A stretch of DNA of 64,000 nucleotides from Bdellovibrionales bacterium (GTDB lineage: Bacteria > Bdellovibrionota > UBA1018 > CAIMNF01), in assembly GCA_040380025.1 (NCBI GenBank), contig JBEIJY010000001.1:32001-96000 (forward strand), read 5' to 3'. The translations under genes were made by a program, and so were the position numbers. This document shows positions 19,721 through 29,681 of the stretch, one piece after another. Within the stretch, counting starts at the first letter, position 1, and every line of letters starts with the position of its first letter. The notes beneath the pieces are model-generated. The model was not told where the DNA came from, did not search any database, and worked only from the letters and a program-made list of their open reading frames with translations.

Positions 19721-20452
19721 TCAGTACCCAAGACGTTTCAGATAGTCATTCACGGAATGGTCGGTCTTTGACAGCTCGTGGATCGTATGCGTTTCCACGC
19801 TTCGATGGTCGGCCTCTCTTGCACCCCTGTCCTCCCCGGCCCCCGCGGGATCATCCTTCCGCGGATGCAGGATTCCCATCATGCGTGCCCGGACCTCCGA
19901 GAACTCCTGTTCGAGCTTCTCCACGCGTGCGTCGGCATCCACTTTTCTTTGCGTCATCTCGGCAAGCTGGGCGCCCAAATTTTCCTGAATCCTCTTCTCC
20001 CGCGCCAGGGCCTCTTGATGCCGCTTCTCGAAAAGCGCCTCCTGTTCGGCAAGGATCGCGGCGTGGCGGCTCTCCTGCTGATCCCGGAGTCTTTCGAGAT
20101 TTCCGATTTCTTTTCTTTGCGCTTCGATCAGAAGATCTTTTTCCGCGCAACTGCCTCGCAGTTCCTCGAGCTCGAACTTCATCACCTGCAAGCGGTCGGT
20201 CAGACTCTCGACCTGCTCCTGATGGATCCTGCCTTGCCGTTCCACCTCACGCCTCGCGTCCTCGTGTTGCTGAAGCATGCGATTCCGGTCTTCCTCAATT
20301 TTCGCAATGTCGTACGAAAACGAGTCCAGACGGATCATCGCCTCGGTCTTCTGGTTCTGCCAATCCTCAAGGGTTCTGCGCGCCTCTGAAATCGAATCGA
20401 TCAGATCGTTCAGGCGTGCCGATGAGATGGTGGAATAAGATGCATCCTGCAT
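19721..20452 (-). CDS. Coiled-coil hypothetical protein
   Basis: E/Q/R/L-rich heptads; GGGAG upstream of ATG 20452 (alternative start 20473). Confidence 0.75.
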   Translation of the reverse strand: MQDASYSTISSARLNDLIDSISEARRTLEDWQNQKTEAMIRLDSFSYDIAKIEEDRNRMLQQHEDARREVERQGRIHQEQVESLTDRLQVMKFELEELRGSCAEKDLLIEAQRKEIGNLERLRDQQESRHAAILAEQEALFEKRHQEALAREKRIQENLGAQLAEMTQRKVDADARVEKLEQEFSEVRARMMGILHPRKDDPAGAGEDRGAREADHRSVETHTIHELSKTDHSVNDYLKRLGY

Positions 20453-20564
20453 AAGATTCTCCCTGTTCTCCATTGTGCGGAATTTTCGCGGGAATGGAAA
20501 GAAAAAGCGCGTTGTCAGGGCATTGACTCTATGACCGGGCCATTTTGAACGATATGATCGGGGA

Positions 20565-21128
20565 ATGATCCGCATCGCGGCTCTCTTTGCATTGTTTTGT
20601 TCCGGGACTGCGGATGCGGCCGATCTGATTCTTTCGGGCGGACTCGATTATTCCGCACCGAGCGACATCCGCAGCGGTGGAAACCAGCACTGGACGGGCG
20701 CGGCGGGAGGCGTTGCCGGACTGACCATCGACGCTCCCTTTTCAGAAATCCCTTTCAGCTTCGAGACGGGATTTTTTTTAAGAAACTCCCGGAGCGAACG
20801 GTCAGCAGAAGGATCCGTTACCACGAGCGAAGGATCCTGGACCGACATCCCGCTTCTCGTCCATTATCACTTCGATGAACACGTCAGCGTCGGGACCGGC
20901 GGATACTTCAGCTTTTTTCGCTCCGGAAACGCCGTCTCCGGCTCGGAGTCCCCCGATGCGGGAATGATCCTCGATCTTCGTGCCGTCTTGCGGGCCTTCG
21001 ACCCGCTCTCCCTCGTCGTCGATGCGCGCTATCTGCACGGGTTGAGCAATCTGTCCTCCACTCCGGGCGACACTTACAACTCCCGCTCCATCCAGATTTT
21101 GTTCGGCGTTTCGTATCCGCTGCTTTAG
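20565..21128 (+). CDS. Small outer-membrane beta-barrel protein
   Basis: Signal peptide; alternating beta-strands (DIPLLVHYHF, VDARYLHGL); C-terminal IQILFGVSYPL. Confidence 0.8.
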   Translation: MIRIAALFALFCSGTADAADLILSGGLDYSAPSDIRSGGNQHWTGAAGGVAGLTIDAPFSEIPFSFETGFFLRNSRSERSAEGSVTTSEGSWTDIPLLVHYHFDEHVSVGTGGYFSFFRSGNAVSGSESPDAGMILDLRAVLRAFDPLSLVVDARYLHGLSNLSSTPGDTYNSRSIQILFGVSYPLL

Positions 21129-21134
21129 CGCGCT

Positions 21135-21800
21135 TCAGCGGAACTGCAGTTCCCGCCAATCCCGGATTACCATCAGAGCACCCGGATCCGGCTCTCCCGC
21201 GTGAGACTCATGGGCGATCTGGATCCACTGGAGCCCGGCCCTCCGAGCCGACTCCATGCCCGCGCTCGAATCCTCGAACACCAGCACATCGGCCGGATCA
21301 AACCCGTGCTCACTCAGGGCGGTAAGATAGGGTGCCGGATGCGGCTTACTCTCGGAATAATCCCCGAAGCCCCAGATCTGATCGAAGTGCGAGCGCAATC
21401 CGTGGGCAGAAAGGATCTCTTCCACCTCGTCGCGCTCTGACCCGGTGACAATCCCGAGAAATCGGGCTTTTTTTCGCGCGATCGGGAGAATCTCAGAAAC
21501 CCCCGGAATCAGCGGAACGCCGCCACCGCATCGCTTGCGATACCGATCCCGGAACTCGCGAAGCAGAACCTTCCGATCCCCGAGATCCACTCCCCGCGCC
21601 AGCGCCGCATCGCTCATCATGTCGACCGCAAGCTTCCAGGTTCTTCCGATGATCATGCGGGCGAAGGCATCTCCGTCAGGAAAGCCCCGCTCCCGGAAAA
21701 ATCCGCGAACGACCTCCCGAGCGAGAATCTCGGTTTCGACCAGTGTACCGTCGAAATCGAACAAAAGGACTTTTCCCTCAATCTTGAGTGTGTTCTGCAT
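21135..21800 (-). CDS. HAD-superfamily phosphatase (subfamily IA)
   Basis: FDFDGTLVET, VTGS, KPHPAPY, FEDSSAG. Confidence 0.92.
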   Translation of the reverse strand: MQNTLKIEGKVLLFDFDGTLVETEILAREVVRGFFRERGFPDGDAFARMIIGRTWKLAVDMMSDAALARGVDLGDRKVLLREFRDRYRKRCGGGVPLIPGVSEILPIARKKARFLGIVTGSERDEVEEILSAHGLRSHFDQIWGFGDYSESKPHPAPYLTALSEHGFDPADVLVFEDSSAGMESARRAGLQWIQIAHESHAGEPDPGALMVIRDWRELQFR

Positions 21801-21899
21801 GGATTCGCATCCAGTGTGACAAATTCAGGCCTGTTTTACGAATTTTTTCTTGCCGAACTCGGTCCTGTTTTTTAAGACTGAATGAATAAGGAGGAATTT

Positions 21900-22259
21900 A
21901 TGGCTAAAAAAACTGCAAAAAAGAAGTATTCTTTCATCAACGAACTGTACGAAGGCGTGGTCGGAATCACGGAAGTGAGCAAATCCGGCGCGATCAAGAT
22001 CAAACGCTCGGACCTGAAAAACGTGATTGAAACCACCTTCACCCGCGGAGCGAAGCTCGCTGCGGGCGGAGAGCGGATCCGTTTTCCCGTGATCGGCGCA
22101 CTGGTCCGCCGTGAAGTGAAGCCCCGCAAAGCCGGAAAAGGCGTGAATCCTTTTACCGGTGAGACGATCGATGTGAAGGCCCGCCCGGCTTCGAAGAAGC
22201 CCCGCTGGTCCTTCCCGAAGTCCCTGAAAGACACGTTCGCGGACAAGAAGAACTGGTAA
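21900..22259 (+). CDS. HU/IHF-family DNA-binding protein
   Basis: RBS AAGGAGG; RKAGKGVNPFTGETIDVKARPASKKPRW arm motif. Confidence 0.88.
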   Translation: MAKKTAKKKYSFINELYEGVVGITEVSKSGAIKIKRSDLKNVIETTFTRGAKLAAGGERIRFPVIGALVRREVKPRKAGKGVNPFTGETIDVKARPASKKPRWSFPKSLKDTFADKKNW

Positions 22260-22305
22260 AAGAACGGCATCCCGTTTTTGGACGGGATCAGGAAAAAAGT
22301 AAGGG

Positions 22306-22340
22306 AAAAGGAGCGGATTCCATCCGCTCCTTTTTTCTTT
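22306..22340 (+). terminator. Intrinsic terminator after the HU-like gene
   Basis: aaaaggagcgga-ttcca-tccgctcctttt plus T tract. Confidence 0.85.
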
Positions 22341-22368
22341 TGCCGAGCGGAATCCAGGAGGGTAGGAT
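22340..22368 (+). promoter_or_regulatory. Sigma70 promoter, likely leaderless FAH mRNA
   Basis: TTGCCG-N17-TAGGAT, 8 nt before the ATG at 22377. Confidence 0.6.
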
Positions 22369-22376
22369 TCCCGCAT

Positions 22377-23357
22377 ATGAAACTTGTCAGTCTCCATTCG
22401 GGCGACCGCTCCCTTCATGTGGGCGCCCTGATCGAAGGTTCCACCCCCGCCCAAAACCGGATTCTCGATTTTCACGTCCTCGAACCATGTGCGCGCCATG
22501 CGAACATGCTCGAGTTCATCGAGCAACAGGCCGAATCCCTTCCTTGGGCCGAGGCAATGATCAAAAAGGCCCAGGCCGGTCTTGTTCCGGCAAACGCGTT
22601 GATCCCCGAGGCCGACGCCCTTCTCGCCTCCCCCGTTCCCCATCCGGTTTCGTGCCGCGACGGATACGCGTTTCGGCAACACGTCGAAAGCGCCCGAAAA
22701 GGCCGTGGGCTTCCGATGATTCCGGAATTCGATGAGTTTCCCGTTTTTTATTTCACGAACCACCTGGCGATCACCGGCCCGGGCGAGATCTTCGTCATGG
22801 ACAAGGCGCTCGAGCGTCTCGACTTCGAACTCGAAGTCGCCATCGTGATCGGCAAGGAAGGGCGCAACATTCCCGCATCGAGAGCGGACGAGCACATCTT
22901 CGGCTACATGATCATGAACGACTGGTCGGCGCGCGAGCTCCAGACGCAAGAAATGAAGCTGAATCTCGGTCCCGCCAAGGGCAAGGATTTCGCGACGAGT
23001 CTCGGACCCTATCTGGTGACCCGGAACGAGCTCGAATCGCGCGTTCTGCGCGGTCCCGCAGGCGAGCAGCATGACCTGCGCATGAAAGCCTTCCACAACG
23101 GAAAGCAGGTTTCGGATGGAAACCTGAAGGACATGAACTGGACGTTCGCCCAGATCATCGAGCGCGCCTCTTACGGCGTGACCCTGCGCCCGGGCGAAGT
23201 GATCGGATCCGGAACCGTTGGGACCGGATGTTACATGGAACTGAATCTGACCACCCTGAAGGACAATCCGGTCTGGATCAAGCCCGGCGATTCCTTCACT
23301 CTGGAGGTCGAGCATCTGGGCCGCCTTGACAACGAAATCCGCAGGGAGACCTTGTGA
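22377..23357 (+). CDS. Fumarylacetoacetate hydrolase family protein
   Basis: LDFELEVAIVIG, MNDWSARELQ, KGKDFA, GSGTVGTG; adjacent to maiA. Confidence 0.92.
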   Translation: MKLVSLHSGDRSLHVGALIEGSTPAQNRILDFHVLEPCARHANMLEFIEQQAESLPWAEAMIKKAQAGLVPANALIPEADALLASPVPHPVSCRDGYAFRQHVESARKGRGLPMIPEFDEFPVFYFTNHLAITGPGEIFVMDKALERLDFELEVAIVIGKEGRNIPASRADEHIFGYMIMNDWSARELQTQEMKLNLGPAKGKDFATSLGPYLVTRNELESRVLRGPAGEQHDLRMKAFHNGKQVSDGNLKDMNWTFAQIIERASYGVTLRPGEVIGSGTVGTGCYMELNLTTLKDNPVWIKPGDSFTLEVEHLGRLDNEIRRETL

Positions 23358-24022
23358 GCGGAAGGCCTCCGTACCGCCTGTTCCATTACTGGCGCTCGTC
23401 CAGCTCGTGGCGGGTGCGCCTGGCCCTCGACTGGAAGACGCTTCCGTATGAACCCGTTGCGGTGAATCTGCTGAACGGCGAATCCGAAAGTCCGGAGCAC
23501 CTGAAGCGAAGCCCCGCGGGATTCGTCCCGGTTCTTGAGATTCCTGGCGAAACCAGCCCCTATCTTTGTGAAAGCCTTGCGATCATCGAGTATCTCGAGT
23601 CCGTCCATCCGGATCGACGATCGTTGATTCCGGGCACGCCGATCGAACAGGCCCGAATCCGGGCTCTCGCCGAGATCATCAATGCGGGCACCCAGCCTGT
23701 GCAGAACATCCCCGTTCTGGAAAGACATTCCTCCGATCCCGCAGAACAAAAAGCCTGGGCGCGGGAATTCATCGCGCGCGGTCTCGCCGTATACGAAAAA
23801 ACCTGCGTCGCAACGGCCGGGAGATTCTCGGTCGGTGACCGTTTCACCCTCGCCGATGTCTGCCTGATTCCGCAAATCTACAATGCGGAACGATACCAGG
23901 TCGATCTCGCGGCGTTTCCGACGATCCTGCGGGTGCACGGGGAATGCACGAAGCTGGTCGAATTCCAGAGTTCCCATCCGGATCGTTTCGCGCCGGATTC
24001 CGCAGCTCCGGTGCTCCGATGA
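23354..24022 (+). CDS. maiA: Maleylacetoacetate isomerase (zeta-class GST)
   Basis: YWRSSSSWRVRLAL, ESLAIIEYL, GTQPVQN, TLADVCLIPQIYNA. Confidence 0.92.
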   Translation: MSGRPPYRLFHYWRSSSSWRVRLALDWKTLPYEPVAVNLLNGESESPEHLKRSPAGFVPVLEIPGETSPYLCESLAIIEYLESVHPDRRSLIPGTPIEQARIRALAEIINAGTQPVQNIPVLERHSSDPAEQKAWAREFIARGLAVYEKTCVATAGRFSVGDRFTLADVCLIPQIYNAERYQVDLAAFPTILRVHGECTKLVEFQSSHPDRFAPDSAAPVLR

Positions 24023-25515
24023 GGCTTGGTGCCTTGCTGTTCCTGCTCGGGGGTTTCCTTCTCGCCTCGGCGGCAAGCGCGGCCCCGTCCGCCGAACTCC
24101 GTTTTGCCGCAGATGCGAAATCCGGAGCACCCTATGTGTTCGTCGACCCGAAGGACCCGCAGAACCTCCTGGGGTTCGAATACGACATCATCACGAGAAT
24201 CGCGGAGATTCTCGGACGAAAACCCGTTTTCGTGCAAAACGAGTGGGATTCCCTGATTCCCGGCCTCGATCGCGGCGACTATGATGTCGCCATCAACGGA
24301 ATCGAAATCACGCCCGAGCGGAGCGAACAGGTCCTGTTCAGCAATCCGTACTATGCCACCTTCGAGCAACTCGTAGTCAGAAGCGATGATTCGCGCATCC
24401 GGAGCCTGAAAGACATGGATGGCGAACGGATCGGTACCCTGAAGGCCTCGCTGGCCCATGCGCTGCTCGAAAAAAATTCGCGGGCGGAAATCGTTTTTTA
24501 CGAGGAAGAGTCATCCGGATACCAGGATGTCGAGCGCGGACGGATCCGCGGTTTTTTCATCGATTATCCGATCGCGCTCTACTATGCGTTCCCGAATCCG
24601 AATCTGAAGGCGGTCGGAGATCCCGTCGGGAAAATGCGGTATGGAATCGCGGTTTCCAGAACCAATCCCGCACTCCGCGATGAGCTGGACCGTGCGCTCT
24701 CGCTGATGCTCAAAAACGGAGAGCTCGAGCGGATCCTCTCGAAATGGAACCTGATCCATCCGTTCGTGGTCACCGAGCTCGGCCTCCACGCCTCCCTCGA
24801 GAACGACACCACCGAGCACGGAAAGGTCGCCGCGATTGCAGGATCCGCACCGGGACTCCGGGAGCGCATGCAGCGGTACTGGAACCTGCTCCCCCTCCTG
24901 CTCAGGGGCGCGCTCACCTCCCTGCAAATCTCGATTCTCGCCATGGTCGTGGCCGTGGCCTTCGGTCTTCTGCTGTCGCTTTCCCGTCTTTACGGAAACA
25001 AACCCGCATCCCTTGCGGCGCAAACCACAATCGAAATTCTTCGCGGCACTCCGCTGCTGATCCAGCTTTACCTGATTTTCTTCGGTCTGCCCCACCTCGG
25101 AATCAAACTCGAACCCTTCTGGGCCGCCATTCTCGGTCTGGGCCTGAACTATGGCGCGTACGAGGCCGAGAACTATCGTGCCGGCATCGAATCGGTGCCA
25201 AGAAGCCAGATCGAGGCCGCGAACGCCCTGGCCTTGAGTTCCCGGCAACGGTTTGTCCATGTGATCTTCCCTCAGGCATGGCGCGTGATCCTCCCCCCCA
25301 TGACGAATGACTTCATCTCGCTGATCAAGGATTCCTCCCTTGTCTCGGTGATCACGATGGTGGAGCTCACCACGGTCTACTCCCAGCTCGCGTCGACCTA
25401 CTTCGATCACCTCGGACTCGGAATCGTGGTGGCGGTGCTGTACTTTGCCCTCGGGTATCCGTTCGTCCGGCTCGCCCGGAAACTCGAAACCAACCTGAAA
25501 AGAAAAATCCCATGA
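24019..25515 (+). CDS. Polar amino-acid ABC transporter, fused substrate-binding + permease protein
   Basis: GFEYDI...WDSLIPGL...FSNPY (family 3 SBP); RGTPLLIQL, AYEAENYRAGI, LIKDSSL (permease). Confidence 0.93.
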   Translation: MRLGALLFLLGGFLLASAASAAPSAELRFAADAKSGAPYVFVDPKDPQNLLGFEYDIITRIAEILGRKPVFVQNEWDSLIPGLDRGDYDVAINGIEITPERSEQVLFSNPYYATFEQLVVRSDDSRIRSLKDMDGERIGTLKASLAHALLEKNSRAEIVFYEEESSGYQDVERGRIRGFFIDYPIALYYAFPNPNLKAVGDPVGKMRYGIAVSRTNPALRDELDRALSLMLKNGELERILSKWNLIHPFVVTELGLHASLENDTTEHGKVAAIAGSAPGLRERMQRYWNLLPLLLRGALTSLQISILAMVVAVAFGLLLSLSRLYGNKPASLAAQTTIEILRGTPLLIQLYLIFFGLPHLGIKLEPFWAAILGLGLNYGAYEAENYRAGIESVPRSQIEAANALALSSRQRFVHVIFPQAWRVILPPMTNDFISLIKDSSLVSVITMVELTTVYSQLASTYFDHLGLGIVVAVLYFALGYPFVRLARKLETNLKRKIP

Positions 25516-26795
25516 TGCGTCTTGGAATCAGCGTTCTTGCCCTGTACTCGATTCTCTCCCTGTCCTCGATGGCGGGCATGAACATCGCTTTTGGCCTCGT
25601 GTTCTTGGTATTCCTGATCGCCGTGGTGCCGCATCGATCCCGGGCGTTCTCCGCCGTTTCCTCGGTGCCGGAATTCCGAGACTATCGAATCACGGCGGGA
25701 GCCCTCTTCGTCACCTGCCTGCTCAGTCTCACCCTGGCGAAGTTTTTCCCCTTCTCCTATGCGGGCCACGCTCCCGAGATCACCACCCATGGATTCCTGA
25801 AGATCTGGTATCTGATCTGCCCGTTCCTTCTGGCCTGCACCTTCGCCTCCCAGGCCTTCGATCCCCGTGAAAACCTGAAATTCATTCTGCGCGCCTGGTG
25901 GACTGCCACCGCTCTTTTGCTCGGAGTGGCGCTCGTGCAGTTCGAGACCGGATGGATCCACCCGCAGTCGATCCCCACGAACCCGGGAAAATACCACGTG
26001 ACGTTGTTCCTCGGGCACCACCTGTCGACTTCGAGCGTCTTTCTCTTTCCTGCTTTCACCGCACTTGCGGTGGTCATGGGTCGACTCCGGCGCGGACTCT
26101 CCCTCCCGCGTCTCGAGACGGCCGCCGCGGTCTCTGGCCTTGTGATCTTGTTTTTGAGCTATGCGCGAACCGCATGGCTTGCGATTCCGATCGGACTGAT
26201 CCTCGTGCTCGCGCGGAACCTGAAACCCCGTCATCTGGCTCTGGCTTTATTAGGTCTCACTCTGGCGATTGGTGTCGGATCGCAAACCCCGGCGATGAAG
26301 GAGCGGATTCGCAATTCCATGGGAATCCAGGACCGTTTCCGTCTTTGGGAAGCGAATCTGGATTTCTTCCGGAATCGTCCGATCACAGGAATCGGCTGGC
26401 TCAAGACCGGCGAGATGTCTGAGTTCTACTTCAAAGAAAAAGACCCGGAAAACTACAAGTCGTACTTCTGGGGCCACGCCCACAACAATCTATTTGAAAT
26501 GCTCGGAGGCACGGGGATCCTGGGAACGATCGCGTTCCTCTTCTGGAGCGGCTTCACCTTCCGCTTCGCACTTCGGACCCGATCCCGGGCTGAAGCCTGC
26601 AAAGAGGACTTCCTCGAGGATGTCGCGCACGGGATCTTCGTCGCGCTCCTCTTGCTCCATTTTAACGGCATGACGAACGTGACCTTCTGGGAAGGCAAGG
26701 TCATGCATCAGCAGATGTTCGGGATCGGAATCCTCTTCATGATCCGGATCGCCTTGAACCGGATTCATGGCCAAGGAACCCCTTCGGGATCCTAG
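25512..26795 (+). CDS. O-antigen ligase family membrane protein
   Basis: Multiple TM segments; SYARTAW, R..LW...PITGIG, HAHNNLFE. Confidence 0.88.
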   Translation: MMRLGISVLALYSILSLSSMAGMNIAFGLVFLVFLIAVVPHRSRAFSAVSSVPEFRDYRITAGALFVTCLLSLTLAKFFPFSYAGHAPEITTHGFLKIWYLICPFLLACTFASQAFDPRENLKFILRAWWTATALLLGVALVQFETGWIHPQSIPTNPGKYHVTLFLGHHLSTSSVFLFPAFTALAVVMGRLRRGLSLPRLETAAAVSGLVILFLSYARTAWLAIPIGLILVLARNLKPRHLALALLGLTLAIGVGSQTPAMKERIRNSMGIQDRFRLWEANLDFFRNRPITGIGWLKTGEMSEFYFKEKDPENYKSYFWGHAHNNLFEMLGGTGILGTIAFLFWSGFTFRFALRTRSRAEACKEDFLEDVAHGIFVALLLLHFNGMTNVTFWEGKVMHQQMFGIGILFMIRIALNRIHGQGTPSGS

Positions 26796-27277
26796 TGGTG
26801 ATGTCCGCCGGGGCCGTGCACGTGCCCGTGGGCGATTTCTTCGGCGGTCGCCTCGCGGATCGCGATCATCTCGACATCGAAGGTGAGGTCTTCACCGGCA
26901 AGGGGATGGTTCCCGTCGAGAGTGATCTCGCTGCCTTCGATCTGAATCACACGGAACAAGAGCACTTCGCCGTTCGGGCCGGAAGCCTGGAACTGGTCGC
27001 CTTCGCTCAACTCGCTGTCGGCAGGAAGTTTTTCGCGGGGAACCTTGATGACCAGCTGGTCGTCCGCAACACCGTAGGCATCCGCCGCGGCAACATTGAT
27101 TTTACGTTGGTCGCCGATGCTCAAAAGAGAAAGCGCGCGCTCGAGACCGGGAATGATCTGTCCCGAGTTCTCGATGTACGAGAACGGAACATTCTGGTCG
27201 CGGGAAGTATCGAGTACTTCACCGGAAGAGTCTGTCAGAGTATAATGGAACGAAATCACCCGCTTTTGGTTGGTCAT
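26792..27277 (-). CDS. slyD: FKBP-type peptidyl-prolyl isomerase (SlyD-like)
   Basis: IIPGLERAL, DAYG, LDGNHPLAGEDLTFDVE, His-rich tail. Confidence 0.92.
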   Translation of the reverse strand: MTNQKRVISFHYTLTDSSGEVLDTSRDQNVPFSYIENSGQIIPGLERALSLLSIGDQRKINVAAADAYGVADDQLVIKVPREKLPADSELSEGDQFQASGPNGEVLLFRVIQIEGSEITLDGNHPLAGEDLTFDVEMIAIREATAEEIAHGHVHGPGGHHH

Positions 27278-27357
27278 GGCTTCTGCCTTTCTTGGTTCAA
27301 TCCGCGGGAGTAGAGCACAAAAGCCAGAGAAAGTCAGCATATTTCATGGAACCCCTG

Positions 27358-28425
27358 ATGAAACCCAGAAAAATCCTCGTTCTCTACACCGGTGGCACCT
27401 TCGGAATGTCCGAGACCCTCGAGATTCCGGACCTCTCCGCCTCCGCCCTGAAAAAACGTCTCGAATCCTCCGTCCCGGAAATGCGCCAGATCGCTCGCTG
27501 TACGGTCAAAGTGCTGTTCAACACCGACAGTTGTCAGATGGGACTCTCCCACTGGATTCGAATGGCGGAAGTGATCCGTGACCATGAAAACGAGTTCGAC
27601 GGGGTGGTGATCCTCCACGGCACCGACACGCTCGCGTATTCTGCGGCCGCCCTCTCCTGCCTTCTTTCGCCGGCTCCGGTTCCGGTGGTCTTGACCGGCG
27701 CCCAGAAGCCCTTGAGCGCCCTCCGCAATGATGCCCGCACGAACCTGATCACCGCGCTCGAGGTCGCCGCCCGGGCTCCGAAGGAGCTGCAAAACCGGGT
27801 GCTCGTGGCCTTCCATGACGAGGTGTTCTTGGGATCGAGAATCCGGAAACTCGGGGCTCTTCGGTTTGATGCGTTCGAGAGCCCGAGGTTTCCGATTCTT
27901 GCCCGGGTGGGAAGCACCATCCGGTATGAGAACGCCATTCATCATCTGCCAAAAATCCGGACGGATTCGAAACCATTCGTTTCATCGGCACCGCTGAAGG
28001 CGCCCTCCATCCTGAAGCTCGAAGTGACCCCGGAGTTCCCAGGCCACCTCTTCACCCGCGATCTGCTGGCCGGCATCGACGGAATTCTGCTGACCCTGTA
28101 CACCTCGGGCACGGCACCCACCGAAAATCCGTCTTTTTTGCGATTTCTGGAATCGGCGAAAGAAACCCTGACCCCCGTCTGGGCGATCACCGAGCGGGGA
28201 GAGGCCCCGCTCCGGCTCTCTTCGTATGCGGCCGGAAAACAGCTGGAACGCCTGGGTGTGCTCTGGTGCCCGGACCTCACCCCCGAAGCGGCCATGGTGA
28301 AGGCCCAGCTTCTTCATGTCCGCGCGGGTACGCTCCACGGGAACACCCGCAAAAAGCACTACGAATGGCTCAAGAAGAATTGGGCGAAGGCTCTGGGCGA
28401 CGAGACCAGCCCGCAACGCCCTTGA
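27358..28425 (+). CDS. ansA: L-asparaginase type I (alternative start 27346)
   Basis: YTGGTFGM, DSCQM, HGTDTLAY, LTGAQKP. Confidence 0.88.
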   Translation: MKPRKILVLYTGGTFGMSETLEIPDLSASALKKRLESSVPEMRQIARCTVKVLFNTDSCQMGLSHWIRMAEVIRDHENEFDGVVILHGTDTLAYSAAALSCLLSPAPVPVVLTGAQKPLSALRNDARTNLITALEVAARAPKELQNRVLVAFHDEVFLGSRIRKLGALRFDAFESPRFPILARVGSTIRYENAIHHLPKIRTDSKPFVSSAPLKAPSILKLEVTPEFPGHLFTRDLLAGIDGILLTLYTSGTAPTENPSFLRFLESAKETLTPVWAITERGEAPLRLSSYAAGKQLERLGVLWCPDLTPEAAMVKAQLLHVRAGTLHGNTRKKHYEWLKKNWAKALGDETSPQRP

Positions 28426-29104
28426 ATCCCGACCGGTGGATGCAGGTCACTCCCAGTTCCCGGATTTTTTCTTGATGAAACGGGGTAGGATACCCCTTGT
28501 GTTGCCGGAATCCGTAGCCGGGAAATCGCTCCTCGCATTGCTCCATCAAAGCATCCCGATGGACTTTCGCCGCCACGGAGGCGCATGCGATCGAGAGCGA
28601 TTTTGAATCCCCCTTCACAATGGCCCGTCCGCGATCCTTGAGCCCTGCGGGAACCATGTTTCCGTCGACCAGAACCAGATCGGCTTTTCTTCCCAGGACC
28701 TCTTCCAGGCGGCTCACCGCGCGCTCCATGGCCAAGTGGGAAGCGCGAAGGATGTTCCGCTCGTTGATCTCCTCGACCGAGGCTTCGGCCACCGAAAGAC
28801 GGACTCCGCATTCGACGAGAGCCCGGGCCAGCGGCTCCCGGTTTTTTTCAGGAATGAGCTTGGAATCCCTGACCTCGAAAAGCACATGATCAGAAGGAGA
28901 AGAGGGTCTTGCGCCGTCCTCTCCGAATCCGAGGGTCCGGACATGAACAGGGTCAAGAACTGCGGCACCGGCGACGACCGGGCCGGCAAGGCATCCCCTT
29001 CCCGCCTCATCCACTCCGATGATCAGACGACCTGAAATAAAAAACCCAAGGGCCGTTTCTTCCTTCAAATCAGGAAAAAGACCCTTGGGTTTTTTTGGAT
29101 TCAT
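28370..29104 (-). CDS. rnhB: Ribonuclease HII
   Basis: GVDEAGRGCLAGPV, DSK, VDGN, KGD...IACASVAAK, HKGYPT. Confidence 0.95.
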   Translation of the reverse strand: MNPKKPKGLFPDLKEETALGFFISGRLIIGVDEAGRGCLAGPVVAGAAVLDPVHVRTLGFGEDGARPSSPSDHVLFEVRDSKLIPEKNREPLARALVECGVRLSVAEASVEEINERNILRASHLAMERAVSRLEEVLGRKADLVLVDGNMVPAGLKDRGRAIVKGDSKSLSIACASVAAKVHRDALMEQCEERFPGYGFRQHKGYPTPFHQEKIRELGVTCIHRSGFKGVAGWSRRPEPSPNSS

Positions 29105-29116
29105 TTCAAAAGAGAA

Positions 29117-29572
29117 TCAGTTCTTCGCTTTTGCTGCGGCCGAAGCGGCTGCGGATTCGCGGGACTGGACATCGGATTCGATGCGAGCCGCTTTTCCTTC
29201 GAGGCCGCGAACATAGTACAGCTTCGAACGGCGGACTTTACCGCGAGCGATCACTTCGATCTCCGCAACGGTGGGAGAAGTCTCGAGGAAGATCCGCTCG
29301 ACGCCCACGCCGTGGGAGATCTTGCGAACGATGAAAGACTTGCCACCGCCGTGGTTTCCGCGCTTGATCACGGTTCCTTCGAACAGCTGGATCCGTTCTT
29401 TCTCGCCCTCTTTGATTTTTACGTGAACTTTCACGGTGTCTCCCGCGTTGAATTCAGGGAGATTGCTCCGGGCAATGCCCGCATCGACTTGAGCGACCGC
29501 GTTCGACAGGCCATGCGAGTTGTCGTACTGCGCTTTTCTGCGGGATTTCCGTTTGATTACTTTCTGTGCCAT
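29117..29572 (-). CDS. rplS: 50S ribosomal protein L19
   Basis: [40 protein letters not shown]. Confidence 0.97.
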   Translation of the reverse strand: MAQKVIKRKSRRKAQYDNSHGLSNAVAQVDAGIARSNLPEFNAGDTVKVHVKIKEGEKERIQLFEGTVIKRGNHGGGKSFIVRKISHGVGVERIFLETSPTVAEIEVIARGKVRRSKLYYVRGLEGKAARIESDVQSRESAAASAAAKAKN

Positions 29573-29598
29573 GGTCTTAACTCCAAAACCGGGGATTA

Positions 29599-29628
29599 AT
29601 TAAACTGCCAATGAATTTAGAACGTCAA
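29599..29628 (-). promoter_or_regulatory. Internal sigma70 promoter for rplS
   Basis: TTGACG-N18-TTTAAT in an AT-rich gap, upstream of a GGAG RBS. Confidence 0.55.
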
Positions 29629-29681
29629 TTCTTATCAGGGCTTAAGGGATAAGACAACGCTTTTTTCGGTCGAATCCGGGA

